A DNA stretch of 64,000 bases from Microbacterium sp. NPDC077663 (GTDB lineage: Bacteria; Actinomycetota; Actinomycetes; Actinomycetales; Microbacteriaceae): positions 250,058-314,057 of the forward strand of contig NZ_JBITVE010000002.1 in the NCBI RefSeq assembly GCF_044542795.1, in the 5' to 3' direction. Shown piece by piece: positions 10,810 through 20,182 of the stretch. The position numbers were made by a program, and so were the translations under genes. The notes under the pieces were generated by a model. The model was not told the origin of the DNA, did not search any database, and saw only the letters and a program-made list of their open reading frames with translations. Each line of letters starts with the position of its first letter. Position 1 is the stretch's first letter.

Positions 10810-11688
10810 TCAGCCCTTGAGCCGCCGCCCGAGGCCGGCGATGTCCGCGGGCGTCGTGCGGCAGCATCCGCCGATCAGCCGGGCACCGGCATCCAGCCAC
10901 GCGTCGAGGTCCGCGAAGGTCGCCGTCGCGTCGCCGTGCCACGAACGCGACACGGCATCCCAGGCCTCGCCGCTGTTCGGGTAGACGACGGCCGGTGTGG
11001 ACTCCGGCATCGCCGCCAGGAGGCGGGCGATGTCGCGCGGCGGACAGCAGTTGGCGCCGACGGCGACCACCTCGGCGGGCGATGCAGCGGCCGCGAGCGC
11101 GGCCGCGAGTGCGCCGCCGTCGGCGAACGCCGTACTCGCTCCCGAGAGCGAGATCCACGCCGGGATCCCCACCCCCTCGAGCGCGATCGCCACCGCCTCG
11201 GCCTCGGCGGGCGAGGCGATCGTCTCGACCGCGAGCAGATCCGACCCGGCCTCGGCCAGCACGTGCAGCCGTCGCCGGTGCCACTCGGCCAGCTCGGCGA
11301 CCGACATGCCGTACGCACCGGTGTACTCGCTCCCGTCCGCGCGCACCGCGCCGAACGGACCGACGGATGCCGCGACCCAGGCACGACCGTCCGCCGCCTC
11401 GCGGGCGAGGCGAACGGAGGTCTCGAGCAGGGCGTCGACCTCGGCGGCATCCTTCCCGGCCCCCGCCAGGTTGTCGTAGCCGAGCTGATACGACGCCGTC
11501 GTCACGATGTCGGCGCCGACGTCGACGAAGGCGGCGTGCACGTCACGCACCTCGTCCGGGCCGTCGATCAGCACACCGGCCGACCACAGCGCCCCGCTGA
11601 GATCGTGCCCGCGCTTCTCGAGCATCGTGCCGAGTCCACCGTCGAGCACGAGCGGACGGGCGGCGATCGCGGTACGCACATCGGGCAT
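10810..11688 (-). CDS. mmuM: homocysteine S-methyltransferase
   Basis: 292 aa with the Hcy-binding pterin-MT fold signature (LDGGLGT ... GGCC). Confidence 0.85.
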   Translation of the reverse strand: MPDVRTAIAARPLVLDGGLGTMLEKRGHDLSGALWSAGVLIDGPDEVRDVHAAFVDVGADIVTTASYQLGYDNLAGAGKDAAEVDALLETSVRLAREAADGRAWVAASVGPFGAVRADGSEYTGAYGMSVAELAEWHRRRLHVLAEAGSDLLAVETIASPAEAEAVAIALEGVGIPAWISLSGASTAFADGGALAAALAAAASPAEVVAVGANCCPPRDIARLLAAMPESTPAVVYPNSGEAWDAVSRSWHGDATATFADLDAWLDAGARLIGGCCRTTPADIAGLGRRLKG

Positions 11689-11743
11689 GCGGTCACTCTA
11701 GGCGCGGGGCGGCCGCCCCCCGCGCGCGGATTACGCTGAACGA

Positions 11744-12211
11744 ATGAGCACCGCCCGCATCCGACCCATCTCCATCGACGACGCGGGCGAGGTGCTCACC
11801 CTGCAGCGAGCGGCCTTCGTTCAAGAGGCCCTCATCTACGACGCGGTCGACATGCCTCCGCTCACGCAGACCCTCGACGAGGTGCGCGGCGAGCTCGAGG
11901 AGAACCTCGGATGCGTCGCCCTCGACGGCGAGCGCATGGTCGGCTGCGTGCGCGCCCGCGTCGACGGCGATCTGCTGCTCATCGGTCGCATCGCGATCGC
12001 CCCCGACCAGCAGGGCTCCGGCCTCGGGACCGAGCTGCTGTCGGCGGTCGAGGAGCGCGGCCGCGAGGCGGGCGCCACGCGCGCGGAGCTCTTCACCGGG
12101 TCGCTGAGCGAGGCGAACCTGCGTCTCTACGAGCGCGAGGGATACGAGGAGAGCGAGCGGGTCCCGGGCGACGACGGTACCGAGCAGGTCTTCCTCCGCA
12201 AGCGGCTCTGA
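11744..12211 (+). CDS. GNAT family N-acetyltransferase
   Basis: 155 aa with acetyl-CoA-binding motif A-like (QGSGLGTELL). Confidence 0.75.
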   Translation: MSTARIRPISIDDAGEVLTLQRAAFVQEALIYDAVDMPPLTQTLDEVRGELEENLGCVALDGERMVGCVRARVDGDLLLIGRIAIAPDQQGSGLGTELLSAVEERGREAGATRAELFTGSLSEANLRLYEREGYEESERVPGDDGTEQVFLRKRL

Positions 12212-12257
12212 CCCGCCCGTGGACCGCGCGTTCATCCGCATCCGGGAGAATGGACGG

Positions 12258-13106
12258 ATGACGCGCATCGCTTTCCTGGACGTGGACGGAACCATCCTCG
12301 AGCATGGGACGGCCATCGCCGACTCGACGATCACCGCGATCCGGACGGCACGCGAGAACGGTCACCTCGTCTACCTGTGCACCGGTCGCGCGGCCGGCGA
12401 CATCCACCCGAAGGTCCGCGAGATCGGCTACGACGGCGCGATCACCAACGGCGGCGCCTACGCCGTGCGTGGAGACGAACTGCTGTTCGCCGACCCGATG
12501 CCGCGCGAGGACACCGACCGCCTGATCGCCTACTTCGAGGCGGAGGACATCGACTACTTCCTGCAGTCCGACAAGGCTGTCTACGCCAGCGAGGGCGTCG
12601 GCGCGATGCTCGACGAGTACTTCGCCGAGCGTCGCAAGCGTCACCTCGAGGACGCCCGTCGCCTCGGCCAGACCGACGTCGTCGAGCCGAAGCCGATCGT
12701 GACCTACCGCCCGGTCCACGAGGCGGACCTCGATGCGATCGCGAAGACGACGTTCATCAGCAAGCGCTCCGACAGCGTCGACAAGGCCCAGGCCGACCTC
12801 GGCGAGCGGTTCCACGTGATCCCCGGCAGCATCCCCCTGCCTGGCGGCTCCAACGGCGAGATCGGCCTGGCGGGAACGAACAAGGGCTCCGCGATCGTGC
12901 GGGTGCTCGACATCCTCGGGCTCGACGCGGCCGACGCCATCGGCATCGGCGACAGCTGGAACGACGCCGAGATGTTCGACGTCGTCGGCTCCCCCGTCGC
13001 CATGGGCAACGCCGACCCCGCCCTCAAGGAGCGCGCGGGCGACGTCACGACCGACGTCCTCGACGACGGTGTGTGGAACGCCTTCGTGAAGCTCGGACTG
13101 GTCTGA
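12258..13106 (+). CDS. Cof-type HAD-IIB family hydrolase
   Basis: Start at the internal ATG (MTRIAFLDVDGTIL) carrying HAD motif I (DxDGT), with a C-terminal GDSWND motif; preceded by GGGAGAA. Confidence 0.8.
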   Translation: MTRIAFLDVDGTILEHGTAIADSTITAIRTARENGHLVYLCTGRAAGDIHPKVREIGYDGAITNGGAYAVRGDELLFADPMPREDTDRLIAYFEAEDIDYFLQSDKAVYASEGVGAMLDEYFAERRKRHLEDARRLGQTDVVEPKPIVTYRPVHEADLDAIAKTTFISKRSDSVDKAQADLGERFHVIPGSIPLPGGSNGEIGLAGTNKGSAIVRVLDILGLDAADAIGIGDSWNDAEMFDVVGSPVAMGNADPALKERAGDVTTDVLDDGVWNAFVKLGLV

Positions 13107-13120
13107 CGCGCGCCGCGGCG

Positions 13121-13209
13121 CGTGTGCGGATGCAACAGATCGTGCGCGGCACCCCGGCATCCGCTCGTAAACGACGGCGTGTCGGCCCGGATCTATTGCA
13201 TCCGTGAAC
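13121..13209. repeat. copy C of a roughly 90 bp intergenic repeat element with terminal inverted repeats (MITE/REP-like)
   Basis: GGATGCAACAGATC at the left end is the exact reverse complement of GATCT(A/G)TTGCATCC at the right end. The centre and right end match the copies at 35155-35290 and 52738-52826. It lies between convergent genes. Confidence 0.6.
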
Positions 13210-13211
13210 GG

Positions 13212-14042
13212 TCAGTCGAGGAAGATGTCGGGGAACAGCTCGCTGTCGGGCGTGCCCGGCGTCGCGGCGTAGCCCGAGAAGTCCGTGACGCCGGCCTCGC
13301 GCAGGACGTCCTCGACGATGAGCGCCTGACCGGTGTACTCGCGCGCCGGCTTGCAGAGCACCTCGTACGCGGCATCGGCGTAGACCTCGGGAGTGCGACT
13401 GACCTTCATCATCCGGTCGCCGCCGAGGGCGAACTGCACGGCGGCGGTCGCGATCGTGGTCTGCGGCCAGAGGGTGTTGGCTGCGACGCCGTCCTTCGCA
13501 AACTCCGCGGCCATGCCGAGGGTCGCCATCGTCATGCCGTACTTCGCCAGGGTGTACCCGGTGTGGGCACCGAGCCACTTCGGCGAGAGGTTGAGGGGCG
13601 GCGACAGAGAGAGGATGTGGGGGTTCGCGGCATCCTTCAGCATCGGCAACGCCGCGCGCGACAGCATGAACGTCCCCCGCACGTTGACGTCCTGCATCAG
13701 GTCGTACTTCTTGGCCGCGAGATCGAGCGAGCCCGACAGGTCGATCACCGACGCGTTGTTGACGACGATGTCGATACCGCCGAACTCGCCCTGGGTCTTC
13801 AGCACGGCCTCGGTGATGTCGCCGTCGTCGCGGACGTCGCCGACGATCGGCAGCGCCCGCCCCCCGACCGCGCGGATCTGCTCGGCCGCGGAGTGCACGG
13901 TGCCCTCGAGCTTGGGATGCGGGGTGTCGGTCTTCGCGAGCAGCGCGATGTTCGCGCCGTCCCGCGCGGCGCGCAGGGCGATCGCGAGGCCGATGCCGCG
14001 GCTGCCGCCCGACATGAGGATGGTCTTTCCGGCGAGGGTCAT
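13212..14042 (-). CDS. SDR family NAD(P)-dependent oxidoreductase (HSDL2-like)
   Basis: 276 aa with Rossmann motif SGGSRGIG and the catalytic Tyr/Lys region (YTLAKYG). Confidence 0.8.
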   Translation of the reverse strand: MTLAGKTILMSGGSRGIGLAIALRAARDGANIALLAKTDTPHPKLEGTVHSAAEQIRAVGGRALPIVGDVRDDGDITEAVLKTQGEFGGIDIVVNNASVIDLSGSLDLAAKKYDLMQDVNVRGTFMLSRAALPMLKDAANPHILSLSPPLNLSPKWLGAHTGYTLAKYGMTMATLGMAAEFAKDGVAANTLWPQTTIATAAVQFALGGDRMMKVSRTPEVYADAAYEVLCKPAREYTGQALIVEDVLREAGVTDFSGYAATPGTPDSELFPDIFLD

Positions 14043-14056
14043 GGGGTCTCCAGGGA

Positions 14057-14827
14057 TCAGGATCGACGCGAACGGGATGCCGCGGCGAACGCGGCGACGC
14101 GGGTCTTCGAGTCGTCGGTGTCGAACGCCGCGCCGATCGTGCGGGCCTCGTCGTCGAGGTTCTCGGTGAGGGGCCGGTGGGCACCGGTGCGGACGAGGCG
14201 CTTGGCCTGTCCGAACGCGCCGGTGGCGCCGTCGAGCCAGGCCCGGGCGATCTGCTCGGCCCGGTCGCCGGGCTCATCGACCACCTCGGCCACGAGCCCC
14301 CACTCGAGCGCGGTCGGCGCGTCGATCGTGGTGTCGGTGAGCAGCAACTGCAGCGCGCGTCGCTGACCGACGGCGGCGGGCAGCAGGGTCGAGACACCGA
14401 GGTCGGGCGTCAGCCCGATGTTCGCGTACTTGCTGACGAACACCGCTCGCGGCGACGCCACGACGTAGTCCGCCGTCAGCATCAGGCCGAGCCCGCCACC
14501 GGCGACCGCACCCTGTACCGCCGCGACCATCGGGATGGACGACTCCACGAACGTCCGGATCCCGTCGTGGATCACCCCGGCCATCTCGGTGATCGTGGCG
14601 CCGTTGCCACCGGAGGAAGCCATCTGCACGACGTCGCCGCCGGCGCAGAAGGCCGGGCCCGCGGCATCCAGTACGATCGCGCCGACCGTGCTGTCGCTGG
14701 TCACCTCGTGCGCGAGGTCGCGCCAGCGGGTGCCCATCTCGAAGTCCATCGCGTTGAGGGATGCCGGGCGGTTGAAGGTCAGCCGCGCGAGCGCGCCGTC
14801 GCGCTGCAGCAGGATCGTGTCGCTCAT
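14057..14827 (-). CDS. enoyl-CoA hydratase/isomerase family protein
   Basis: 256 aa crotonase fold with oxyanion-hole region (AFCAGGD, GGGLGL). Confidence 0.8.
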   Translation of the reverse strand: MSDTILLQRDGALARLTFNRPASLNAMDFEMGTRWRDLAHEVTSDSTVGAIVLDAAGPAFCAGGDVVQMASSGGNGATITEMAGVIHDGIRTFVESSIPMVAAVQGAVAGGGLGLMLTADYVVASPRAVFVSKYANIGLTPDLGVSTLLPAAVGQRRALQLLLTDTTIDAPTALEWGLVAEVVDEPGDRAEQIARAWLDGATGAFGQAKRLVRTGAHRPLTENLDDEARTIGAAFDTDDSKTRVAAFAAASRSRRS

Positions 14828-14840
14828 CGGTTCTCCTGGG

Positions 14841-15602
14841 TCATTTGGGGGCCATGCGGATCGAGCCGTCGAGGCGGATCGTCTCGCCGTTGAGGTACCC
14901 GTTCTCGACGATGTGCTGCACCAGGGCGGCGTACTCGTCGGGCCGGCCGAGCCGCGCCGGGTACGGGACCTGCTGACCGAGCGACTCCTGCGCCGCTTCG
15001 GGGAGTCCCGCGAGCATCGGCGTCTCCATGATGCCGGGCGCGATCGTGCAGACCCGGATCGCCGAACGAGCGAGCTCCCGCGCGATCGGCAGGGTCATGG
15101 CGTGCACGCCGCCTTTGCTCGCCGAGTACGCGGGCTGCCCGATCTGGCCGTCGAAGGCCGCGACCGAGGCGGTGTTGACGATGACGCCGCGGTCACCGGA
15201 TGCCGTGGGCTCGGTCGCGGCCATCGCCGCCGCCGCGTGCGCGATGACGGTATAGGTGCCGATGAGGTTGATGCGGACGATGCGCTCAAAGTCGGCGACG
15301 GGGTTCGGCGACCCGTCGCGGGAGAGCACCTTGGCGGGTGGGGCGATGCCGGCGCAGTTGACGGCGACGCGCAATGGTGCGACCGCGGATGCCGCAGCCA
15401 CGGCAGCCTCGACCTGTGCGGCATCCGTCACATCGGCGGCGGCGAACGTGCCGTCGAGCTCGGCAGCGACGTCGGATCCCGCCGAGGTGGGCAGGTCGAC
15501 GACGACGACGTGCGCTCCCTGGGCGGCAAGACGGCGGGCGGTCGCGAGGCCGAGTCCGCTCGCGCCGCCGGTGACGAGGGCCGATGCTCCGGCGATGTCC
15601 AT
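14841..15602 (-). CDS. 3-hydroxyacyl-CoA dehydrogenase type-2-like SDR oxidoreductase
   Basis: Start at the internal ATG ([18 protein letters not shown]) with a strong GAAGGAGAG RBS; YSASK active site. Forms an operon with the two downstream genes. Confidence 0.8.
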   Translation of the reverse strand: MDIAGASALVTGGASGLGLATARRLAAQGAHVVVVDLPTSAGSDVAAELDGTFAAADVTDAAQVEAAVAAASAVAPLRVAVNCAGIAPPAKVLSRDGSPNPVADFERIVRINLIGTYTVIAHAAAAMAATEPTASGDRGVIVNTASVAAFDGQIGQPAYSASKGGVHAMTLPIARELARSAIRVCTIAPGIMETPMLAGLPEAAQESLGQQVPYPARLGRPDEYAALVQHIVENGYLNGETIRLDGSIRMAPK

Positions 15603-15711
15603 GCGCTCTCCTTCGAACGGGATCGGGTTCCACCTTATGCGCGACTCGGTGCCACGAGGATGGGGTGCCTCCAGGGTAGCCGTCCGCGGCATCCGACGAC
15701 AGGATGGAGGG

Positions 15712-16437
15712 ATGTCCATCCCCCTGCCAGACGCACCGGTGCCGCCGATCGTGCGTCGCCTCGCGCGTGGCGCGGCACTCGTGCCGGTGTGGGCGAACAA
15801 GCTCGGCGGACAGACGTTCCGCACCGACGACGACAGATTCATCAAGGTCGGTCCGGTGCACCTCGAGACCTCGATGGCGGATGAAGCGGAGCGGATGGCA
15901 TGGGCCGCTCCCTACCTGCGTGTGCCGACGGTGGTCGAACAGGGCGACGACGGCGAGACGGAGTGGCTCGTGACCCGGACGATCGCGGGGCGTTCCGCCG
16001 TCGACCCAGAGTGGGTTGCGCGTCCCGAGACGGCCGTCCGGGCTGTCGGCGAGGGCCTGCGAGCCCTGCACGAGAGCCTGCCGGTGACATCCTGCCCCTT
16101 CGACTGGACGGTGCCGTCGCGGGTCGCGAACGCCGCCGCGCGGGGGGTGATCGTGCCCGACCCGCTGCGCGAGCCGCCCCCGATCGACCGCCTCGTGGTG
16201 TGCCACGGCGACGCGTGCGCCCCGAACACCCTCATCGGCGACGACGGCCGCTGGAGCGGACACGTCGACCTCGGCCAACTGGGCCTCGGCGACCGCTGGG
16301 CGGACATCGCCGTCGCCGCGATGAGCACCGGCTGGAACTACGGGCCCGGCTGGGACGGTCCGCTGCTCGAGGCCTACGGTGTCGAGCCCGACGGGGAGCG
16401 CCTGGCGTACTACCGCGACCTCTGGAACGCGACCTGA
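15712..16437 (+). CDS. aph: APH(3') family aminoglycoside O-phosphotransferase
   Basis: Start at the internal ATG after AGGATGGAGGG. Catalytic loop VVCHGDACAPN and DLGQLGLGDRWADIA closely resemble APH(3')-II (HGDACLPN ... GRLGVADRYQDIA). Confidence 0.8.
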   Translation: MSIPLPDAPVPPIVRRLARGAALVPVWANKLGGQTFRTDDDRFIKVGPVHLETSMADEAERMAWAAPYLRVPTVVEQGDDGETEWLVTRTIAGRSAVDPEWVARPETAVRAVGEGLRALHESLPVTSCPFDWTVPSRVANAAARGVIVPDPLREPPPIDRLVVCHGDACAPNTLIGDDGRWSGHVDLGQLGLGDRWADIAVAAMSTGWNYGPGWDGPLLEAYGVEPDGERLAYYRDLWNAT

Positions 16438-16441
16438 CCGC

Positions 16442-16786
16442 TCAGCGCATCGCGCCGTCGAAGAGCGCCGCCGCCGCCAGGTAGCCGGCGATCACCAGAG
16501 CGGTCGAGACCAGGGGTACCCACGTGAGGTCGCGCCCGGTGCGCCAGGCGACGAGGGCGGCCGCCGACGTGACGGCGACGCTCGCGAGGATCGACGCGCC
16601 GAACAGCATGCCCGCGGCATCCGCTGCCATCCCATCGCAGCCGGGCGTGCAGGCGCCGCCGGCGAAGACGGTGTGAAAGAACCACAGCGCCCCGGTGACC
16701 ACGACGGCGACCACCTGCAGGACGGCGACGGCGAGAACGGCCCCGGCACCGCTCCACCGCAGGCGCCGAGGGACGGTCGTCGTCAT
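16442..16786 (-). CDS. hypothetical small membrane protein
   Basis: 114 aa with 3-4 predicted TM helices. Preferred over the Arg-rich antisense ORF on the plus strand. Confidence 0.45.
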   Translation of the reverse strand: MTTTVPRRLRWSGAGAVLAVAVLQVVAVVVTGALWFFHTVFAGGACTPGCDGMAADAAGMLFGASILASVAVTSAAALVAWRTGRDLTWVPLVSTALVIAGYLAAAALFDGAMR

Positions 16787-16833
16787 GTCGCGGACGCTAG
16801 CAGGAGGATGCCCACGAGGGCCAGGATGGATCC

Positions 16834-17238
16834 GTGGCCGAGCACCCGCTGATGTTCCGCGAGGGCGACCCGTTGCTCGCCTTCGTCCGGCGTCACGCCC
16901 TCGCCCTCCCCGAGGCGAGGGAGAAGGTCAGTCACGGCCGGCCGGCGTTCTTCACCACGAAAGTCTTCGCCTACTTCGGCGGCTCGGTACGCCGTGGTCC
17001 CGGCGTCTTCGAGCGCCATGACGCGGCGGTCATGGTCCTGCCGGATCGAGACGACGAGCCGGCCCTGCGCCAGGACGCGCGGTTCTGGTCGCCGGCCTAC
17101 CTGGGCCCGTCGGGGTGGCTCGGGATCGATCTCGACGAGACCGATGAGACCGAGCTCGCCGAACTGCTCGACGCCTCGTACCGACGGACCGCGCCGGCAC
17201 GCCTCGTGCGCCGCCTCGACGGAGTCGAGGACGCATAG
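16834..17238 (+). CDS. MmcQ/YjbR family DNA-binding protein
   Basis: 134 aa with YjbR-like similarity. GTG start; an alternative ATG lies at 16852. Confidence 0.65.
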   Translation: MAEHPLMFREGDPLLAFVRRHALALPEAREKVSHGRPAFFTTKVFAYFGGSVRRGPGVFERHDAAVMVLPDRDDEPALRQDARFWSPAYLGPSGWLGIDLDETDETELAELLDASYRRTAPARLVRRLDGVEDA

Positions 17239-17247
17239 GCTCGTCCG

Positions 17248-17751
17248 GTGAGCGAACGGACGAGCACCGGGTCCCGCATCCTCGAGGTCGCCTGGGACGA
17301 CCCTCGCGCCGCGGCTCTGCGCGAAGAATTGGATGCCGACCTCGGCGCGCGGTACGACGGGTTCCACGGCGACGAACCCGCCGAGCGCAAGGTGGCGCGC
17401 TCCCGGGCGCTCGCCATGCACCCGGAGGAGATCGTCGCGACCCTCATCACGGCGGACGAGGACGGCACCCCGACAGGTCATGTCATCCTGCGCCGCCTCG
17501 GCACCGAATGGGAGATCAAGCGCCTCGTCGTCACCGCAGCAGCCCGAGGTCGCGGATTGGCGCGGGCGTTGATGACTGCGGCGCTGGACCGGGCGCGCGG
17601 GGGCGGCGCCGATCGGGTCATCCTGCAGACCGGCATCCCGCAGCCGGAGTCCATCGCGCTGTACGAGTCGCTCGGGTTCACCCGCATCCCGGTCTACGAG
17701 CCCTACATCGAGACGATGCCGCGCTCGGTGTGCTTCGCCTACCGGTTCTGA
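17248..17751 (+). CDS. GNAT family N-acetyltransferase
   Basis: 167 aa with acetyl-CoA motif (RGRGLARALMTAAL); GTG start. Confidence 0.75.
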   Translation: MSERTSTGSRILEVAWDDPRAAALREELDADLGARYDGFHGDEPAERKVARSRALAMHPEEIVATLITADEDGTPTGHVILRRLGTEWEIKRLVVTAAARGRGLARALMTAALDRARGGGADRVILQTGIPQPESIALYESLGFTRIPVYEPYIETMPRSVCFAYRF

Positions 17752-17852
17752 CCCCCGCGACGGATGCACGACCGGCGGTGCAGGAGTCGAGTCCCGGCCC
17801 GCCGCACCGCTCAGTAGCCCCCGCGATCGTGCAGACGTCGCGCCAGACCAAC

Positions 17853-17944
17853 GATCAGGCCGGGCCGGCGATCAGGCCAGGCCGGCGATCAGGCCAGGCC
17901 GGCGATCAGGCCAGGCCGGCGATCAGGCCAGGCCGGCGATCAGG
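17853..17944. repeat. 17 bp tandem repeat (GATCAGGCCAGGCCGGC) of about 5.5 units
   Basis: Head-to-tail copies counted directly; the first unit carries one substitution (ccGggccggc). The period is not a multiple of 3. The repeat abuts and includes the ecfT stop codon in the convergent spacer with the GNAT gene. Confidence 0.85.
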
Positions 17945-18728
17945 ACGGGCCAAGGATGAAGTTCCAGGTGCCGGCGGCGACGGCGGCGACCACCGCCACC
18001 GCAGCGATGCCCGCGCCGATCGCGATCAGGGCCCACTCGCGGCCCCCGAACGTCGACGTGCGCGCCCAGGTGCGGCGGCCCGGCGCTCCGAAGCCGCGGG
18101 CCTCCATCGCCGTCGCGAGCTTCGATCCCCGCCGGATCGACAGCACCAGGAGCGCGAAGGCCATCCCCGCGAACCGCCGCAGGCGCCCCCGATCCGCGAC
18201 TCCGCGCGCGCGACGGGCAAGCTCCAGCGATCGCCAATCGTCGATGAACAGGCCGATCATCCGCAGGCCGGCGAGCGCTCCCAGCACGAACCGCGCCGGC
18301 AGCCGGACGATCTGCGCCAGGCCGTCCGCGAGATCGGTCGGATCGACCGTGATGAACAGGACGACCGACGGCAGAGCGACGGCGAGCACGCGGAGCAGCG
18401 TCGCCGCGGCGAGTTCGAGGGAGCCTTCGCTGACGCGGATGAGCAGCCACTCGACGTACACGCGGCCGCCGGCTTCGCCGTACAGCGCGATCGTGACCGC
18501 TGTCAGCGGCGCCGCGATCCACACCGGCCAGGTGCGACGCCAGAACTCCGCCCAGCGGAGGCCTGCGAAGGGGATCAGGAGGCACTCGAGGAGGAGCGCC
18601 ACCGCCGCCGAGACCCAGTCCAGGGTGAACACCAGCGGGATCGCGACGAGACCACTGGCCGCCAGCTTCGCGACCGGGTTGATGCGGGCGACGACGCCGG
18701 TCCGAGCCGGACCGTCCAGGAGCGTCAC
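17940..18728 (-). CDS. ecfT: energy-coupling factor transporter transmembrane protein EcfT (CbiQ family)
   Basis: GTG start at 18728 overlapping the ATPase stop (GTGA). Multi-TM protein with a CbiQ-like C-terminal region. Confidence 0.75.
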   Translation of the reverse strand: MTLLDGPARTGVVARINPVAKLAASGLVAIPLVFTLDWVSAAVALLLECLLIPFAGLRWAEFWRRTWPVWIAAPLTAVTIALYGEAGGRVYVEWLLIRVSEGSLELAAATLLRVLAVALPSVVLFITVDPTDLADGLAQIVRLPARFVLGALAGLRMIGLFIDDWRSLELARRARGVADRGRLRRFAGMAFALLVLSIRRGSKLATAMEARGFGAPGRRTWARTSTFGGREWALIAIGAGIAAVAVVAAVAAGTWNFILGPS

Positions 18729-20179
18729 GATCCGACCCCCAGACGCACCTCGCGGGCGTGGAGCGCGCGGACCGCCTCGAGATCGTGGGTGATGACGACG
18801 ACCGCCGACCCCGCGTCGCGGAGCTCGGCGAGGAGCGCGATCAGCTGGGACCACGTCGTCGCGTCCTGCCCGAAGGTCGGTTCATCCAGCACGAGCACCC
18901 GGGGCGCCGTCGCCAGCATCGAGGCGACCGTGAGGCGCCGCTTCTCGCCTCCCGACAGCGTGTAGGGGTTCGCCGCGGCGAGGCGGGTCAGCCGCATCCG
19001 TTCCAGCAACCCGTCGACGGTGGCTGCGATCTCCGGCTCCGCGAGCCCGAGCGCCGTTGGGCCGATCATCAGTTCGGCGCGCACCGTCCGCGCGAGGAAC
19101 TGGTGCTCGGGGTCCTGGAAGACCGTCCCGATGCGTGTCAGGAGCTCTCGGGACGACCAGCGGATCGGATGCGGCCCGATGCCGCCCTGCAGAGCGCTCG
19201 TCGCCACGACCTCCCCCGCCGCCGGCGGCAGGAGCCCGGCCAGGGTCAGTCCGAGCGTCGACTTCCCGGCACCGTTCGGCCCGGTCACGGCGAGGACCTC
19301 ACCCGCCCGCACGTCGAGGTCGATGTCGGTGGCGACGGGATGGCCGGCGACGCGCTGCACCGCGAGGGCGCGCGCGGTCAGCAGCGTCTCGCCCGGTGCG
19401 GCGACGGGCGGGGCGGGTGCGACGGGCGGATGCCCCGGCACCCACACCCCTGCCTGCGCGAGAGTCGCACCGAGCGCCCCCAGCACCTGCTCCGGGGTGC
19501 CGTCGGCGACCACCCCGGGCGCGTCGGCACCACCGAGCACGATGACCCGGTCCACCAGGGGCAGCCACACGTCCACGCGATGCTCGACCACGACGAGGGT
19601 CGCGGGGTGGGCCCGCAGCATCGCCGCGACCGCGTCGCGCACCTCGGCGACCCCGTCCGGGTCGAGGTTCGCGGTCGGCTCGTCGAGCAGCACCAGCCCC
19701 GGCCGCATCGCGACCACGCCCGCGAGGGCGAGTCGCTGCTTCTGGCCACCCGAGAGCGCCTTCGTCGGTCGGTCCCGCGGGACGTCGAGACCCACCGCGG
19801 CCAGGGCCGCCTCCACCCGCGGCCAGATCTGCTCCCGCGGCACACCCAGGTTCTCGCACCCGAACGCGACGTCGTCACCGACGCGGGCGAGGATCACCTG
19901 CGAGTCCGGGTCCTGCAGGACGAGGCCGGCACGCCCGCGCTGCTCGGCGGCGCGGACGCCGTCGAGGAGGATGTCCCCCTCCATCTCCCCCTCGTCGGCT
20001 CCGCCGAGGACCCCCGCGAGGCCGTGGAGCAGCGTGGACTTGCCGGCGCCGGACGCGCCGAGCAGCAGGACGCGCTCCCCGGGTGCGATCGTGACGTCGA
20101 CCCCGCGCACGGCCCAGGCGTTGCGCGACGCGTGGCGCCACCCCCACCCTCGGACCTCGACGCGTGCGGGATGCGTCAT
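18725..20179 (-). CDS. ecfA: ECF transporter ATP-binding protein, fused duplicated ABC ATPase (EcfA1-EcfA2, YkoD-like)
   Basis: Two Walker A motifs (GASGAGKST, GPNGAGKST) and two ABC signature motifs (LSGGQKQR, LSGGEKRR) in 484 aa. Confidence 0.85.
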   Translation of the reverse strand: MTHPARVEVRGWGWRHASRNAWAVRGVDVTIAPGERVLLLGASGAGKSTLLHGLAGVLGGADEGEMEGDILLDGVRAAEQRGRAGLVLQDPDSQVILARVGDDVAFGCENLGVPREQIWPRVEAALAAVGLDVPRDRPTKALSGGQKQRLALAGVVAMRPGLVLLDEPTANLDPDGVAEVRDAVAAMLRAHPATLVVVEHRVDVWLPLVDRVIVLGGADAPGVVADGTPEQVLGALGATLAQAGVWVPGHPPVAPAPPVAAPGETLLTARALAVQRVAGHPVATDIDLDVRAGEVLAVTGPNGAGKSTLGLTLAGLLPPAAGEVVATSALQGGIGPHPIRWSSRELLTRIGTVFQDPEHQFLARTVRAELMIGPTALGLAEPEIAATVDGLLERMRLTRLAAANPYTLSGGEKRRLTVASMLATAPRVLVLDEPTFGQDATTWSQLIALLAELRDAGSAVVVITHDLEAVRALHAREVRLGVGS

Positions 20180-20182
20180 GCG

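Noticed and set aside
16379-16852. Plus-strand 157 aa ORF overlapping the small membrane-protein gene
   Set aside because: It is Arg/Gly/Asp-rich and low in complexity. The minus-strand ORF with TM helices is the more plausible gene.
17853-17944. Possible CRISPR array
   Set aside because: The period is 17 bp with no intervening unique spacers, so it is a simple tandem repeat and not a repeat-spacer array.
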